Shown here: positions 21,643 to 33,452 of the stretch, piece after piece
Position numbering within the stretch: the stretch's first letter is position 1
Layout of the letters: each line of letters opens with the position of its first letter
Assembly: GCA_963783385.1 (NCBI GenBank)
Contig: CAWANJ010000002.1
Span: 128,001 to 192,000 of the forward strand
Source of the DNA: an uncultured Gemmatimonadales bacterium
Lineage (GTDB): Bacteria > Gemmatimonadota > Gemmatimonadetes > Palauibacterales > Palauibacteraceae
DNA length: 64,000 nt
Direction of reading: 5' to 3'
The notes under the pieces: generated by a model
What the model saw: the letters and a program-made list of their open reading frames with translations, nothing else
Databases searched by the model: none
What the model was told of the DNA's origin: nothing
Program-made: the position numbers and the translations under genes

Positions 21643-22591
21643 GCCCGTGCGGGTGGCCGCGCACGCCAAGGTGAACCTGCGCCTGCGGGTCCTGGAGACG
21701 GGAGCGAGCGGCTTCCACGCCATCGAGACCCTCTTCCTGCGCCTGGCGCTGCGCGACGAGGTCGAGCTGGCGCCCGGCCCGTCCGGCATCCGGCTCACGG
21801 TGGAGGAGGAGCCCGGACCTCTCGCGGGCCCGATGCGGCGGGGGGAGCCCGTGCCGCGGGGCGAGACCAACCTGTGCTGGCGCGCGGCCGAGGCCTACTA
21901 CCGGGCCCTGGGCCACGAGCCGGCGCTCGACATCCTGCTCCGAAAGCGGCTGCCCGCCGGGGCGGGGCTCGGGGGCGGGAGCGCGGACGCGGCCGCCGTG
22001 CTGCGGGGGCTCGAGGCGATGAGCGGAGAGGCCCTGGGGGCGGCCCGACTGATGTCGCTGGCCGGGCGGCTCGGAAGCGACGTGCCCTTCGCCCTGGCCG
22101 ACGCTCCGGCGGCGCTGGGATGGGAGCGGGGTCGCCGCCTCCTGCCGCTGCCGGCGCCGCCTCCGCGCCCGGTCCTGATCCTCGTTCCGGAGTTCGCCGT
22201 TGCCACGGCGGAGGCGTACCGGTGGCTGGACGAGGACCGCGCAGCGACGGCCCGAACCGGGGAGGCGCCGGCTCTTCCGGAGACGGGAGGCGGGGGCGAC
22301 GACGGTCCGGGGGGCGCCTTCCTCCTGCCGTCGGCCGATCGGCTCGCCTCCTGGGAGGAGCTCGACGGACTGGCGGTCAACGACTTCGAGGCGCCGGTGT
22401 TCGCCCGCCACCCCGTGCTGGCCGGCTGGAAGGCCGAGCTCCACGAGGCGGGGGCCCGACCGGCGCTCCTCTCCGGAAGCGGGGCGGCTCTGTTCGGTGT
22501 ATTTCACGGGGAGGCGGAGCGGGACGAGGCCGCGGAGCGGTTCGAGGGCCGGCCGGACGTGGCGGTCCTGCACACTCTGGGACCCGCCTAG
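21635..22591 (+). CDS. ispE: 4-diphosphocytidyl-2-C-methyl-D-erythritol kinase
   Basis: AKVNLRL, KRLPAGAGLGGGSADAA, LGSDVPF, NDFE, SGSGA. Confidence 0.93.
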   Translation: MPEPVRVAAHAKVNLRLRVLETGASGFHAIETLFLRLALRDEVELAPGPSGIRLTVEEEPGPLAGPMRRGEPVPRGETNLCWRAAEAYYRALGHEPALDILLRKRLPAGAGLGGGSADAAAVLRGLEAMSGEALGAARLMSLAGRLGSDVPFALADAPAALGWERGRRLLPLPAPPPRPVLILVPEFAVATAEAYRWLDEDRAATARTGEAPALPETGGGGDDGPGGAFLLPSADRLASWEELDGLAVNDFEAPVFARHPVLAGWKAELHEAGARPALLSGSGAALFGVFHGEAERDEAAERFEGRPDVAVLHTLGPA

Positions 22592-22736
22592 CCGGGAGCC
22601 GCCCGCGCGGAGCCACGGGACGCGGCGCGTGCCCGGGGCGTCGCCCGCGGCCGCCGCGCTTGCGGCACGGCTTCCGCGACGCCAGCCTTCTTCCTGGAGC
22701 CGGCGGCGGTCGACCGATCACCGCCGGGGTATCCGG

Positions 22737-22807
22737 TGGCCCCTCGTCTAACGGCAAGACCCCGGCCTTTGGAGCCGGTAATCCAGGTTCGAGTCCTGGG
22801 GGGCCAA
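22737..22807 (+). tRNA. tRNA-Gln (anticodon TTG); 3' CCA not encoded
   Basis: Acceptor stem TGGCCCC/GGGGCCA; anticodon arm CCGGC-CT-TTG-GA-GCCGG (TTG 22769-22771); T-loop GGTTCGAGTCC; usual position after ispE. Confidence 0.95.
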
Positions 22808-22824
22808 TCCCGCCCGACCCCGAC

Positions 22825-25800
22825 CTACACCTCCAGCCGATCCCCCGGCCGCGCCACCAGCAGGTAGAGCGCCGGCATGAGGAGGACGCTGATGAACAGC
22901 CGCGACAGCAGGCCTCCGACGATCACCAGCGCGAACGGCTTCTGCGAGTCCGACCCGACGCCGGTCGAAAGGGCGGCGGGCAGCAGGCCGAGGGCCGCCA
23001 CCAGCGCCGTCATCATGATGGGCCGCAGCCGCAGGATGGCCGCCTCCCGCGTGGCCTCGACGATCCCCGTCCCGCCCCGCCGCAGCTCGTTGGCGTAGGA
23101 GATGTAGACCACGGCGGTCTGCACGGAGACGCCGAACAGGGCCAGGAAGCCGATGCCCGGAGCTCACCGACAGCGGCGTGCCCGTCACCCACAGGGCCAG
23201 CAGCCCCCCGATCGGCGCTGACAGCACCACGCCCAGCACCGTGATCGCCGGGAACTTGAAGTTGCTGTACAGGGCGAACAGCAGCAGGAAGATGAGGAAC
23301 AGCGTCAGGGGCAGGACGAAGCGCAGCTGCCGCCTCGAGGCCGTGTACTCCTTGTACTCGCCGCCCCAGCTCACCGTGTAGCCGGCAGGGAGGGTCACGG
23401 CGGACGCTACTTGCTTGCGGGCGTCCGCCACGGCGCCGGCCAGGTCGCGGCCGTCCACCGAGAACTGCACCCCGATGAAGCGCGCGTTGTCCTCCCGGTA
23501 GATGAACGACGCCCCGCGCGTCACGCTGAGGTCGGCCACCTCGCGAAGCGGGACCTGCTGTCCGTCCGGGGTGGCGATGAGGATGTTGCCTATCTGCCGG
23601 GCGTTGCCGCGGAACTGCGGCTCCAGGCGCACGACCAGGTCGAACAGCCGCTCGCCCTGTACCACCGAGGTGGCCGGCACGCCGCCCACGGCCGACTCGA
23701 TGAGGTCGTTTACGTCGGCGACGTCGAGGCCGTAGCGGGCGATCTTCGACCGGTCGATCTCGACCGCCAGGCTGGGCTGGCCGAGCTCCTGGACGAGCGT
23801 CACGTGGTCGATGCCCCGCACTCGCGTGAGCACGTGGCGGATCTCCTTGCCCTTCGCCTCCAGGGTGTCGAGGCTCGGTCCGAAGATCTTCACGTCCAGC
23901 GCGCTCTTCAGCCCCGTCTCGGCCTCGTCGACCGCGTCTTCCGCGGGCTGCGTGTAGTTGAAGATGATCCCCGGGAACACGGACAGCTTCTTGTTGATCG
24001 CGGCGATCAACTGCCGCTTGGTGTGGATCTTCCCCCGCCAGCTGTCGTACGGCCTGAGCCCCACGTAGAACTCGGCGTTGAAGAAGCCGGTCGGGTCCGT
24101 GCCGTCGTCGGGCCGGCCGTGCTCGGAGCCGACGTCCGTCACCTCCGGGAAGGAGCGCAGGATGGCCCGGATGCGGGGCACGATCTTCGAGGACTCCTCG
24201 AAGGAGATCGTATAGGGCATGGTGGCCCGGACCCACAGGGCCCCCTCGTCCAGGTGCGGCATGAACTCCGCCCCGATCGCGGGCAGGACGAGGAGCGAGG
24301 CGGCGAAAGCGGCGCTCGAGACGGCCACCGTCGTCCACGGCCGCGCCAGGCACCAGTCCAGGGAGCGCTCGTAGTGTGTTCGCAGCCAGGCCATCATCGG
24401 GTTCCGGCGCTCGGTCACGCCCCGCTTGAACAGCCAGGAGGCCAGCACCGGGAGCAGGGTGAGGGCGAGCACCAGCGATCCGAGCAGCGCGAAGATCGTG
24501 GTGTCGGCCATGGGCCGGAACAGCTTCCCGGACGGCCCCCGCAACACGTAGATGGGCAGGAAGCCCGCCACGATGACGGCCACCGCGTAGAAGATCGGAC
24601 GGTCCACTTCCGCCGCCGCGGCCGCGATGACGTCCCGGAGGCGGCCCTTTTCGGGTTGCTGCAGGGCCAGCTGTCGATGGATGTTCTCCACCATGACCAC
24701 CGCGCCGTCCACGAGGATGCCGAAGTCTATGGCCCCTATGGAGAGCAGGTTGGCGGGGATGTGACGGAGGTCCAGGCAGATGAAGGCGAAGAACAGGGAG
24801 AGCGGGATGGTGGCCGCCACGATGAGCCCCGCCCTCACGTCGTACAGGAACAGGATGAGCACGAACACCACCAGGATCATGCCCCGGAGCAGGTTGTGCT
24901 CGACCGTGTGCGTGGTGAGGTGGACCAGGTCGCTGCGGTCGTAGAAGGGGTGGATCTTGACGTCCTTCGGCAGGACCTGGTCGTTGAGCTCCTTCGTCAT
25001 GGCCTCGACCCGCTGGAGCACGTTCTGTGTCTGGGCCCCCTTGCGCATGAGGATGACGCCCTCGACGGCGTCGTTGCGGCCGTTGAAGCCGAACTGACCC
25101 AGGCGGGGCGCGTGGCCGATCGTGACCTTGCCGACGTCTTTCACCAGGACGGGCGTGCCGTGCCGATCCGCGAGCACGATGTTCCCGATGTCCTCGGGCG
25201 TTCGGATGCGCCCCAGCCCTCGCACGTAGTAGAACTGCCCGCCCTCGGAGTAGAAGCCCCCGCCCGCGTTGGCATTGTTGCCGGCCAGCGAGGAGACGAC
25301 GTCGGCGACGGACAGCCCCGAGCCGGCCAGCCGGGTCGGGTCGAGCAGCACCTGGTACTGCATCGTCTCCCCGCCGAGGCCCGACTCGTCGGCCACGCCC
25401 GGCACCGAGCGGTACTTCCTGGAGATGACCCAGTCGTTGAGGATCTTGAGCTGCATGGCCGAGCGGTCGTGGCTGTCCAGCACGTAGCGGTACACGAGCC
25501 CCGAGGGCGAGAACAGCGGTGAGACTCCCGGGCTCACGCCGTCCGGGAGCTCGGCATCGGGCAGGCGTTCGAACACCTGCTGGCGCGCGAAGTAGTCGTC
25601 CGTGCCGTCCTCGAACGTCATGCGGATGTCCGAGAGGCCGTATAGGGAGATGGAGCGGATGACCGTCATGTGCGGGATCCCGTTCATCTCGACCTCGAGC
25701 GGGACCGTGATGAGGCGCTCCACCTCCTCGGCGGCGTGGCCGGGCCACTGGGTCACCACCTCGACCATCGGCGGAGACAGGTCCGGATACGCGTCGACCG

Positions 25801-25936
25801 GCAGCCGGCGGAAGGACCAGATCCCGATGCCGACGAGGAGCACCGCGGACAGGCCTACCAGGAATCGCTGACGCAGGGCGGCGAGGACGACCCGGTGGAT
25901 GAAGGACTGGGGCACCGGCGGCTCGGGCGTGCTCAC
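22825..25936 (-). CDS. CusA/CzcA-family heavy-metal RND efflux permease, with a +1 frameshift at ~23157
   Basis: LPVDAYPD, AEEVERLIT, GAIDFGILVDGAVVMVEN, EFMPHLDEG; C-terminal RLRPIMMTALVAALGLLP in a second frame (22825..23124). Confidence 0.92.
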
Positions 25937-27123
25937 TGGGCCTCCGCGAACTGCAGGAACAGGGCGCCCTCGGCCACGACCCGCTGACCCGGCTCGAGGC
26001 CCGAGGCGATCTCGCGGCGGTCCCCGACCTCCTGCCCGAGCTTGACCAGCTGCCGGTGGTAGCTGCCGTCGTCACCGGCCACGAACACGAAGGGCAGGTT
26101 GTCCTCGTCGCGCAGCACGGCGGAGGACGGGACCAGCAGGCCGGTTCGGGCCGAGCGCCCCAGGATCGTGACCTGGACGTACATGCCGCGCTTGAGTCCG
26201 GCCCCCGAGTTCTCCGCCACGACCCTCACGGACGTGGCGCGCGTGTCGGGGTCCACCTCCGCGCCCACGTTGTCCACCCGGCCCCGGAAGACCTGGGCGC
26301 CGTTGGTCGGCCGGATCTCGGCCGAGTCGCCCACCTGGACGTTCGGGAGATCGGTGTCGAACACGTCGGCCTGCACCCAGACCCTGGACAGGTCGGCCAC
26401 GGCGAAGCAGGGCGTGCCCCCGGCCTCGAGCAGCTGGCCGGGCGTGATGAGCCGTTCCACGACGATCCCGGGAAGCGGGGCCCGGATGACGGCGCCCGCG
26501 GCCGAGATGGGCTCGCCGCGGCGCACCGCGGCCAACGAGATTGAGTCGACGCCGAGCGACACCAGGGCCTGGAGCGCCGCCTCCCGATCCGCCTCCGCCG
26601 CCTCCGCCTGCGTCTCCGCGTCCTGCATCTCCTGCCGCGCGATCGCGTCGATGGCGAAGAGCTTCCGGTCCATGTCTGCAATGCGCCGGGCGTTGGTGGC
26701 CTCGGCCACGCCCTTCCGGTAGTCCGCCACGGCCGAGGCGAAGTCGGGCGAGGCCACGACGGCGAGCGGCTGTCCGCGACGCACGCGAGCCCCGAGGCTC
26801 ACGAGCACCCGGCTCACGGGCCCCGAGATCGGGGCCATGACCTGCGTGCTCCGGTCCCCGTCGAAGTCGACGGTTCCCGTGGTGCTCACCGAGGCGCGGA
26901 AGGTGTCGGGCTCCACGGTGACCAGGTGCAGCTGCGAGCGCTGCGCGGCGGTGAGAGGCGAGCGGGTGCTGTCGGCCGGAGTGCCGCTGCTTGCTCCTCC
27001 GCCGCACGCCGACGCCAGCGCCAGCGCGCCGGCCGCGAGAGCTCCGAGCAGGATCCGGGCGCCGGGCCGGAGCCAGTCCACGGGAGATCGGGCGATCACG
27101 GTGGGTCGGGACGGCTCATTCAT
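25933..27123 (-). CDS. RND efflux membrane fusion protein (CzcB/CusB-like lipoprotein)
   Basis: Lipobox ASAC, APISGPV, IRAPLPGIV, VADLSRVWV, SGLEPGQRVV. Confidence 0.9.
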   Translation of the reverse strand: MNEPSRPTVIARSPVDWLRPGARILLGALAAGALALASACGGGASSGTPADSTRSPLTAAQRSQLHLVTVEPDTFRASVSTTGTVDFDGDRSTQVMAPISGPVSRVLVSLGARVRRGQPLAVVASPDFASAVADYRKGVAEATNARRIADMDRKLFAIDAIARQEMQDAETQAEAAEADREAALQALVSLGVDSISLAAVRRGEPISAAGAVIRAPLPGIVVERLITPGQLLEAGGTPCFAVADLSRVWVQADVFDTDLPNVQVGDSAEIRPTNGAQVFRGRVDNVGAEVDPDTRATSVRVVAENSGAGLKRGMYVQVTILGRSARTGLLVPSSAVLRDEDNLPFVFVAGDDGSYHRQLVKLGQEVGDRREIASGLEPGQRVVAEGALFLQFAEAQ

Positions 27124-28588
27124 GGGAGTCTCCGTGGGGCAGCGTGTCGGTGCCGTGGGATGCCGCGTCGGCGTCGGGGGATGGGCCGTCGGTGGAAGGA
27201 GATCGGCCGGTCGTGTCGGAGGCTGCGCCCCGGCTCGATCCTGCCCGCTCGAGGGCCACGCCCACCGCCAGCTCGAGGTCCGCGCGGGCGTCGTTGGCGG
27301 CGCCGAGGGCGTCCGCGAGCTGCCCCTCCATGTCCAGCAGGGTTCGGCGAGCGTCGATGACCTCCAGCGAGGAGGAGCCGCCGATGCCGTAGCTCGTGGT
27401 CGCGATCTCGAAGGCCTTTCGGGCTTCGGGGACGAGCTCGTCGCGCAGATACAGGGCCTGTCGGCGCGACGTCATGGCGGCCGTGTAGGCCGTCCTGACC
27501 TCCTGTTCGACGGCGGCGCGGGCGTCCCGGTAGCCGTCGTCCAGCTCGCGGACCCGGTGGGACGCCTCGGCCACCTCCCCGCGGGTGTGGTTCCAGAAGA
27601 ACAGGGGGACGCTGATCGAGAGGTCCGTGGTGTAGCTGCTCGGCGTGTCGTTCGAGAGGTCCTTCTCGAAGCTCAGGCTCAGATCGGGGAGCCAGAAGGA
27701 CCGGGCCAGGGACGCCGCGGCCCTCGCCCCGACTCGCTCCCGGTCGAGACCGTTCAGCGCCGGGCGGGACAGGGCCGCGCGGGCCACCAGCGCCTGCAGG
27801 TCGGGCACCGTGTCCGGCACGAGGAGGGAGTCGGCGGCCTCGACCTCCGCGCCCAGCGGTCGACCCATCTGCCGGTTGAGCTCCGCCCGGGCGTCGGCCA
27901 GATCCTGTCCGTTGGCCAGGAGGTCGTTCCTGGCGGCGGCCACCTCGACGCGCGCCCTGATGACGTCGAGGCCGGGCGCGGTTCCGGCCTTCGAGCGAGC
28001 CTCGGTCTTGGCCAGGAAGCTGCGGGCCAGGTCCAGCGCCTGGCCCAGCTGCCGGTGCCACAGCTCCGCGACCAGGAGGGCGTCGTAGGCGCGGGCCGTG
28101 GCATCGGCCGTCTGCTGGCGAAGCTGGCGGTAGCCGAAGCCCGTGGCGTCCACCCCCGCCTGCCCGATCCGACGCTCCAGCAGGATCTTGGTGGGGAAGG
28201 GCACGTCGAGTCCGAGGGCGACCGCCTGGCCCGTGTACGTGCCCGGGCGGAACACGCTCTTCTGACCCGACAGCTCCCCGAGAAGGCTCGGATCCGGGAA
28301 GGCGGCGCCCTGGACGGCCTGGGCCCGCGCCTCGGCCACCGTCTCCCGGGCCGCGTGCACTGCGGGGTTGTGTGCCAGGGCGCTGTCGATCGCCTCGGCG
28401 CGCGTGACCCGCAGCGGAGACGCGCGGTCACGGCTCGCCGCGGCGCCGGGGGGTACGGTGTCTGCCACGGTGCCGATGGCCCGCTCCGCCGGGGCTCCGC
28501 GGGCCGCGGCCGGGACGGCGACCGACATCGTGCCGGCCGTCGCGATTGCGAGCGCGATGGATGTGTGGCACCATTGGGGAGCGTACAC
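27116..28588 (-). CDS. TolC/CzcC-family outer-membrane factor
   Basis: GTG at 28588 after GGAGG; signal peptide; ALAHNP, FPDP, LPDLSL, SISVPLF, SSLEVIDARR repeats. Confidence 0.88.
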   Translation of the reverse strand: MYAPQWCHTSIALAIATAGTMSVAVPAAARGAPAERAIGTVADTVPPGAAASRDRASPLRVTRAEAIDSALAHNPAVHAARETVAEARAQAVQGAAFPDPSLLGELSGQKSVFRPGTYTGQAVALGLDVPFPTKILLERRIGQAGVDATGFGYRQLRQQTADATARAYDALLVAELWHRQLGQALDLARSFLAKTEARSKAGTAPGLDVIRARVEVAAARNDLLANGQDLADARAELNRQMGRPLGAEVEAADSLLVPDTVPDLQALVARAALSRPALNGLDRERVGARAAASLARSFWLPDLSLSFEKDLSNDTPSSYTTDLSISVPLFFWNHTRGEVAEASHRVRELDDGYRDARAAVEQEVRTAYTAAMTSRRQALYLRDELVPEARKAFEIATTSYGIGGSSSLEVIDARRTLLDMEGQLADALGAANDARADLELAVGVALERAGSSRGAASDTTGRSPSTDGPSPDADAASHGTDTLPHGDSHE

Positions 28589-28717
28589 GGCCACCTCCGG
28601 GACGTCGTGACACGCGCCGGGACCTGTTCGGGCGCGCGGCGCGCGGCCCGCCCGGGAGGCGCGCCCGCGGGCGGCCGTCCCCAAGCGGGACGTTTCAGTC
28701 TGTGAGAGGGTTGTGCG

Positions 28718-29110
28718 TCAGGCGGTGGGCGCGGGTGGCGCGCGGGGTAGCGCCAGGGTGCCGGGATCGGTTCGCAGGCCCGGCGCGCACGAGGTGGCGT
28801 CGGATCTCAGGGTGACGGCGGGCTCCAGCCGGATCTGCAGGGCCGCCGAAACGGAGGCGCGCGCGCTCCCGGTCGTGAGCCCCAGCACGCAGTGGGCCGC
28901 GTGGTCGCCGGTGCTCGTCGGTGCCGTGAGGAGGGTGAGGCCCGAGGCCCCGGCCGCTCCGGGAGCGGCCACGCCCCGGGAGCCGGCGTGATGGGCGACG
29001 TCCGTGTGGAAGGCGAGCGCGTCGATCCCCGACCAGCCGAGCTCGCCGGCCAGGAAGAGGCCGGCCAGGAGCAGGGCGGAGCCCCGGCGGAGGACATCGC
29101 GAGCGCTCAT
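28718..29110 (-). CDS. DUF2946-like exported leader protein with His/Cys motif and C-terminal RAPP
   Basis: N-terminal hydrophobic helix, HTDVAHH, DHAAHC, ends LPRAPPAPTA; directly upstream of the RND operon. Confidence 0.65.
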   Translation of the reverse strand: MSARDVLRRGSALLLAGLFLAGELGWSGIDALAFHTDVAHHAGSRGVAAPGAAGASGLTLLTAPTSTGDHAAHCVLGLTTGSARASVSAALQIRLEPAVTLRSDATSCAPGLRTDPGTLALPRAPPAPTA

Positions 29111-29260
29111 GGCGCCGACGATAGCCACCCGGGTCGATCACGGCAACGGGCGTGCGCTGGCCCGACGACGGACGGCCCGCATCTTGAGGGTCGTGGAGCC
29201 CGGAGCCCCCGGGGACGCCCGTTCTCTCCGCTGCAGACTTCCGCGAAGGGCGAAGGACGC

Positions 29261-31357
<2,097 letters not shown>

Positions 31358-32923
31358 TCAGCCGGCCGCCTCGTCCGCGAGGGAGAAACCGTTCCGCTCG
31401 AGGAGGGCGCTGAACTCGCCCTTGGCCACCGCCTTCCGATAGGCCTCCTCCACTTCGACCGTCTCTTCGCGGACCAGGCCGAGCAGGGCGTCGTTCAGCG
31501 TGATCATGCCCGCTCCCTTGCTGGTCTGCATGATCGAGGGGATCTGGAAGGTCTTCCCCTCCCGGATCAGGTTGGAGACGGCGCTGCTCACGAGCAGGAC
31601 CTCCAGGGCCGCCACCCGTCCACCCGTCTTGCGTCGGCACAGCGTCTGGGCGATCACGCCCTTGAGGCTCTCGGCGAGCATGGTGCGGATCTGATTCTGC
31701 TGGTCGGCGGGAAACTGGTCGATGATCCGGTCCACGGTCGACGCCGCCGTGTTCGTGTGCAGCGTCCCGAACACGAGGTGGCCCGTCTCGGCCGTCTCGA
31801 GCGCGATCTCGACGGTCTCCAGGTCCCGCATCTCCCCGACCAGCACGATATCCGGGTCCTCTCGAAGTGCCGCGCGCAGGGCCGCTTTGAACCCGGCCGT
31901 GTGCGTGCCGACCTCGCGCTGGTTGATGAGGCAGCGCTTGTTCTCGTGGACGAACTCGATCGGGTCCTCGATGGTGATGACGTGGTCACGACGCCGCTCG
32001 TTGATGTGGTCGATCATGGCAGCCAGCGTCGTGGACTTCCCCGAGCCCGTCGGGCCGGTTACCACCACGAGTCCCTTGCCCAGCTCGCACAACTCCAGGA
32101 CCGCGGCGGGCAGGCCCAGCTGCTCGGCCGTGAGGATCTCGGTGGGAATCTGGCGGAACACGCCACCGACGCCCCGCCGGTCCAGGAAGAGGTTGCAGCG
32201 GAAGCGGGCCAGCCCGGGGATCTCGTACGCGAAGTCCGTGTCGTGACGGTCCTCGAACTCCTCGCGGTTCCGCACGGGCGCGATCTCGAGCAGCACCTCC
32301 AGGGTGCGCGCCGGCGACAGCGTCTCCTCGTCGCCCAGGTCCACCATCTCCCCGTCCTTTCGGAAGAGCGGCGGGTTCCCGGCCGACACGTGGAGGTCCG
32401 AGCACCCCTTCCGCACCATCCGGTGGAAGAGACGCTCCATCAGCTGGGCATTGGCCGGCGGCCCGGGCGGGGCGGCGTCCGCGCTGCCGGCGGACGGCGC
32501 TTCGGTGGAGGCCGGCTTCGAGGCCGGCGTGGTCACGGGTTCGACCTGGTCGGAGTGCCCCGTCGCGGCCGAATCCGCCGCCTCCCCTCCGGTGGTCCCG
32601 TCCGGCGCAGGAGGCCCGTTCTCCGCGGGCACCAGGAGCATACGGATGCCCGATCCGGTCCTGTAGGCCCGCACTTCCACGGATCCGGCGGGCGATCGGT
32701 ACACGAACTCGTACCGACCCGGGGCGGCCGGGTCGTCCTCTCCCTTCGGGAGGATCTCGAGCAGGAGGGCCTCGAGCTGCTCGGGCGTGGGCGGCGCCTG
32801 GGCCAGTGCCGTCGCCTCGCCTCCTACGAGGAGAGTCACGGGCTGGCCCGATGCGAACGAGAGTCTCTGGCCTCCCGCCTCGAGCAGGGCGTGGATGAAT
32901 CGGTCCATTCCTGGCATGGTCAC
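31358..32923 (-). CDS. pilT: Type IV pilus retraction ATPase PilT/PilU family with N-terminal extension
   Basis: SDLH, GPTGSGKST, TIEDPIE, ALREDPD, GEMRD, AETGHLVFGTLHT. Confidence 0.9.
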   Translation of the reverse strand: MTMPGMDRFIHALLEAGGQRLSFASGQPVTLLVGGEATALAQAPPTPEQLEALLLEILPKGEDDPAAPGRYEFVYRSPAGSVEVRAYRTGSGIRMLLVPAENGPPAPDGTTGGEAADSAATGHSDQVEPVTTPASKPASTEAPSAGSADAAPPGPPANAQLMERLFHRMVRKGCSDLHVSAGNPPLFRKDGEMVDLGDEETLSPARTLEVLLEIAPVRNREEFEDRHDTDFAYEIPGLARFRCNLFLDRRGVGGVFRQIPTEILTAEQLGLPAAVLELCELGKGLVVVTGPTGSGKSTTLAAMIDHINERRRDHVITIEDPIEFVHENKRCLINQREVGTHTAGFKAALRAALREDPDIVLVGEMRDLETVEIALETAETGHLVFGTLHTNTAASTVDRIIDQFPADQQNQIRTMLAESLKGVIAQTLCRRKTGGRVAALEVLLVSSAVSNLIREGKTFQIPSIMQTSKGAGMITLNDALLGLVREETVEVEEAYRKAVAKGEFSALLERNGFSLADEAAG

Positions 32924-32963
32924 AGGCTTCTCTGAGGTCGGGACGGATGCGGACGGGCGCGGT

Positions 32964-33452
32964 TCACGTCAGCTCGATCAGAGCGACGCGCTCGGGGTTG
33001 ACGAGGCGAACGCGCGGACCCTGGCTGACGGGGAAGAAGGTGTTCGTTGCGTCCAGGAAGTCGCGGACGCGCCGCCGACCCTGGGGGAGGACCCAGCAGA
33101 TCTCGCCCTCCGAGCGGCTGCCATCCTCGAACTGGATGCGGACGAGTGCTGTGGCCGACTCCGGGTCGTCGGGTGAGACCAGGGGCGAGCCGCCCTCCTC
33201 GTCCTCCTCGTCGTCGCGGGCCACCTCCGCCCACACGACCGAGCGGCGGCGGACGAGTCGGACCTGGTCGTCGGAGGGCATCGTCACCGGAAAGAAACTC
33301 CCCTCCCCGTTCAGGAGGTCACTGGGGAGCTCTCGCCCCGAGTGCCGCGCGGCCCGTTCCGCGAGGTGGAGGCGCACCGGGAAGGGCGCCTCGTGAAGGA
33401 GCTTGAGGTCGGCCTCCACGCGGCGCTTGGGTATGGCATAGTCCCCGCTCAC
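32964..33452 (-). CDS. Hypothetical protein (possibly DUF6812-like, two-repeat) upstream of pilT
   Basis: GTG overlaps the dehydrogenase stop; two internal repeats (DLLNGEGSFFPV / DFLDATNTFFPV). Confidence 0.65.
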   Translation of the reverse strand: MSGDYAIPKRRVEADLKLLHEAPFPVRLHLAERAARHSGRELPSDLLNGEGSFFPVTMPSDDQVRLVRRRSVVWAEVARDDEEDEEGGSPLVSPDDPESATALVRIQFEDGSRSEGEICWVLPQGRRRVRDFLDATNTFFPVSQGPRVRLVNPERVALIELT

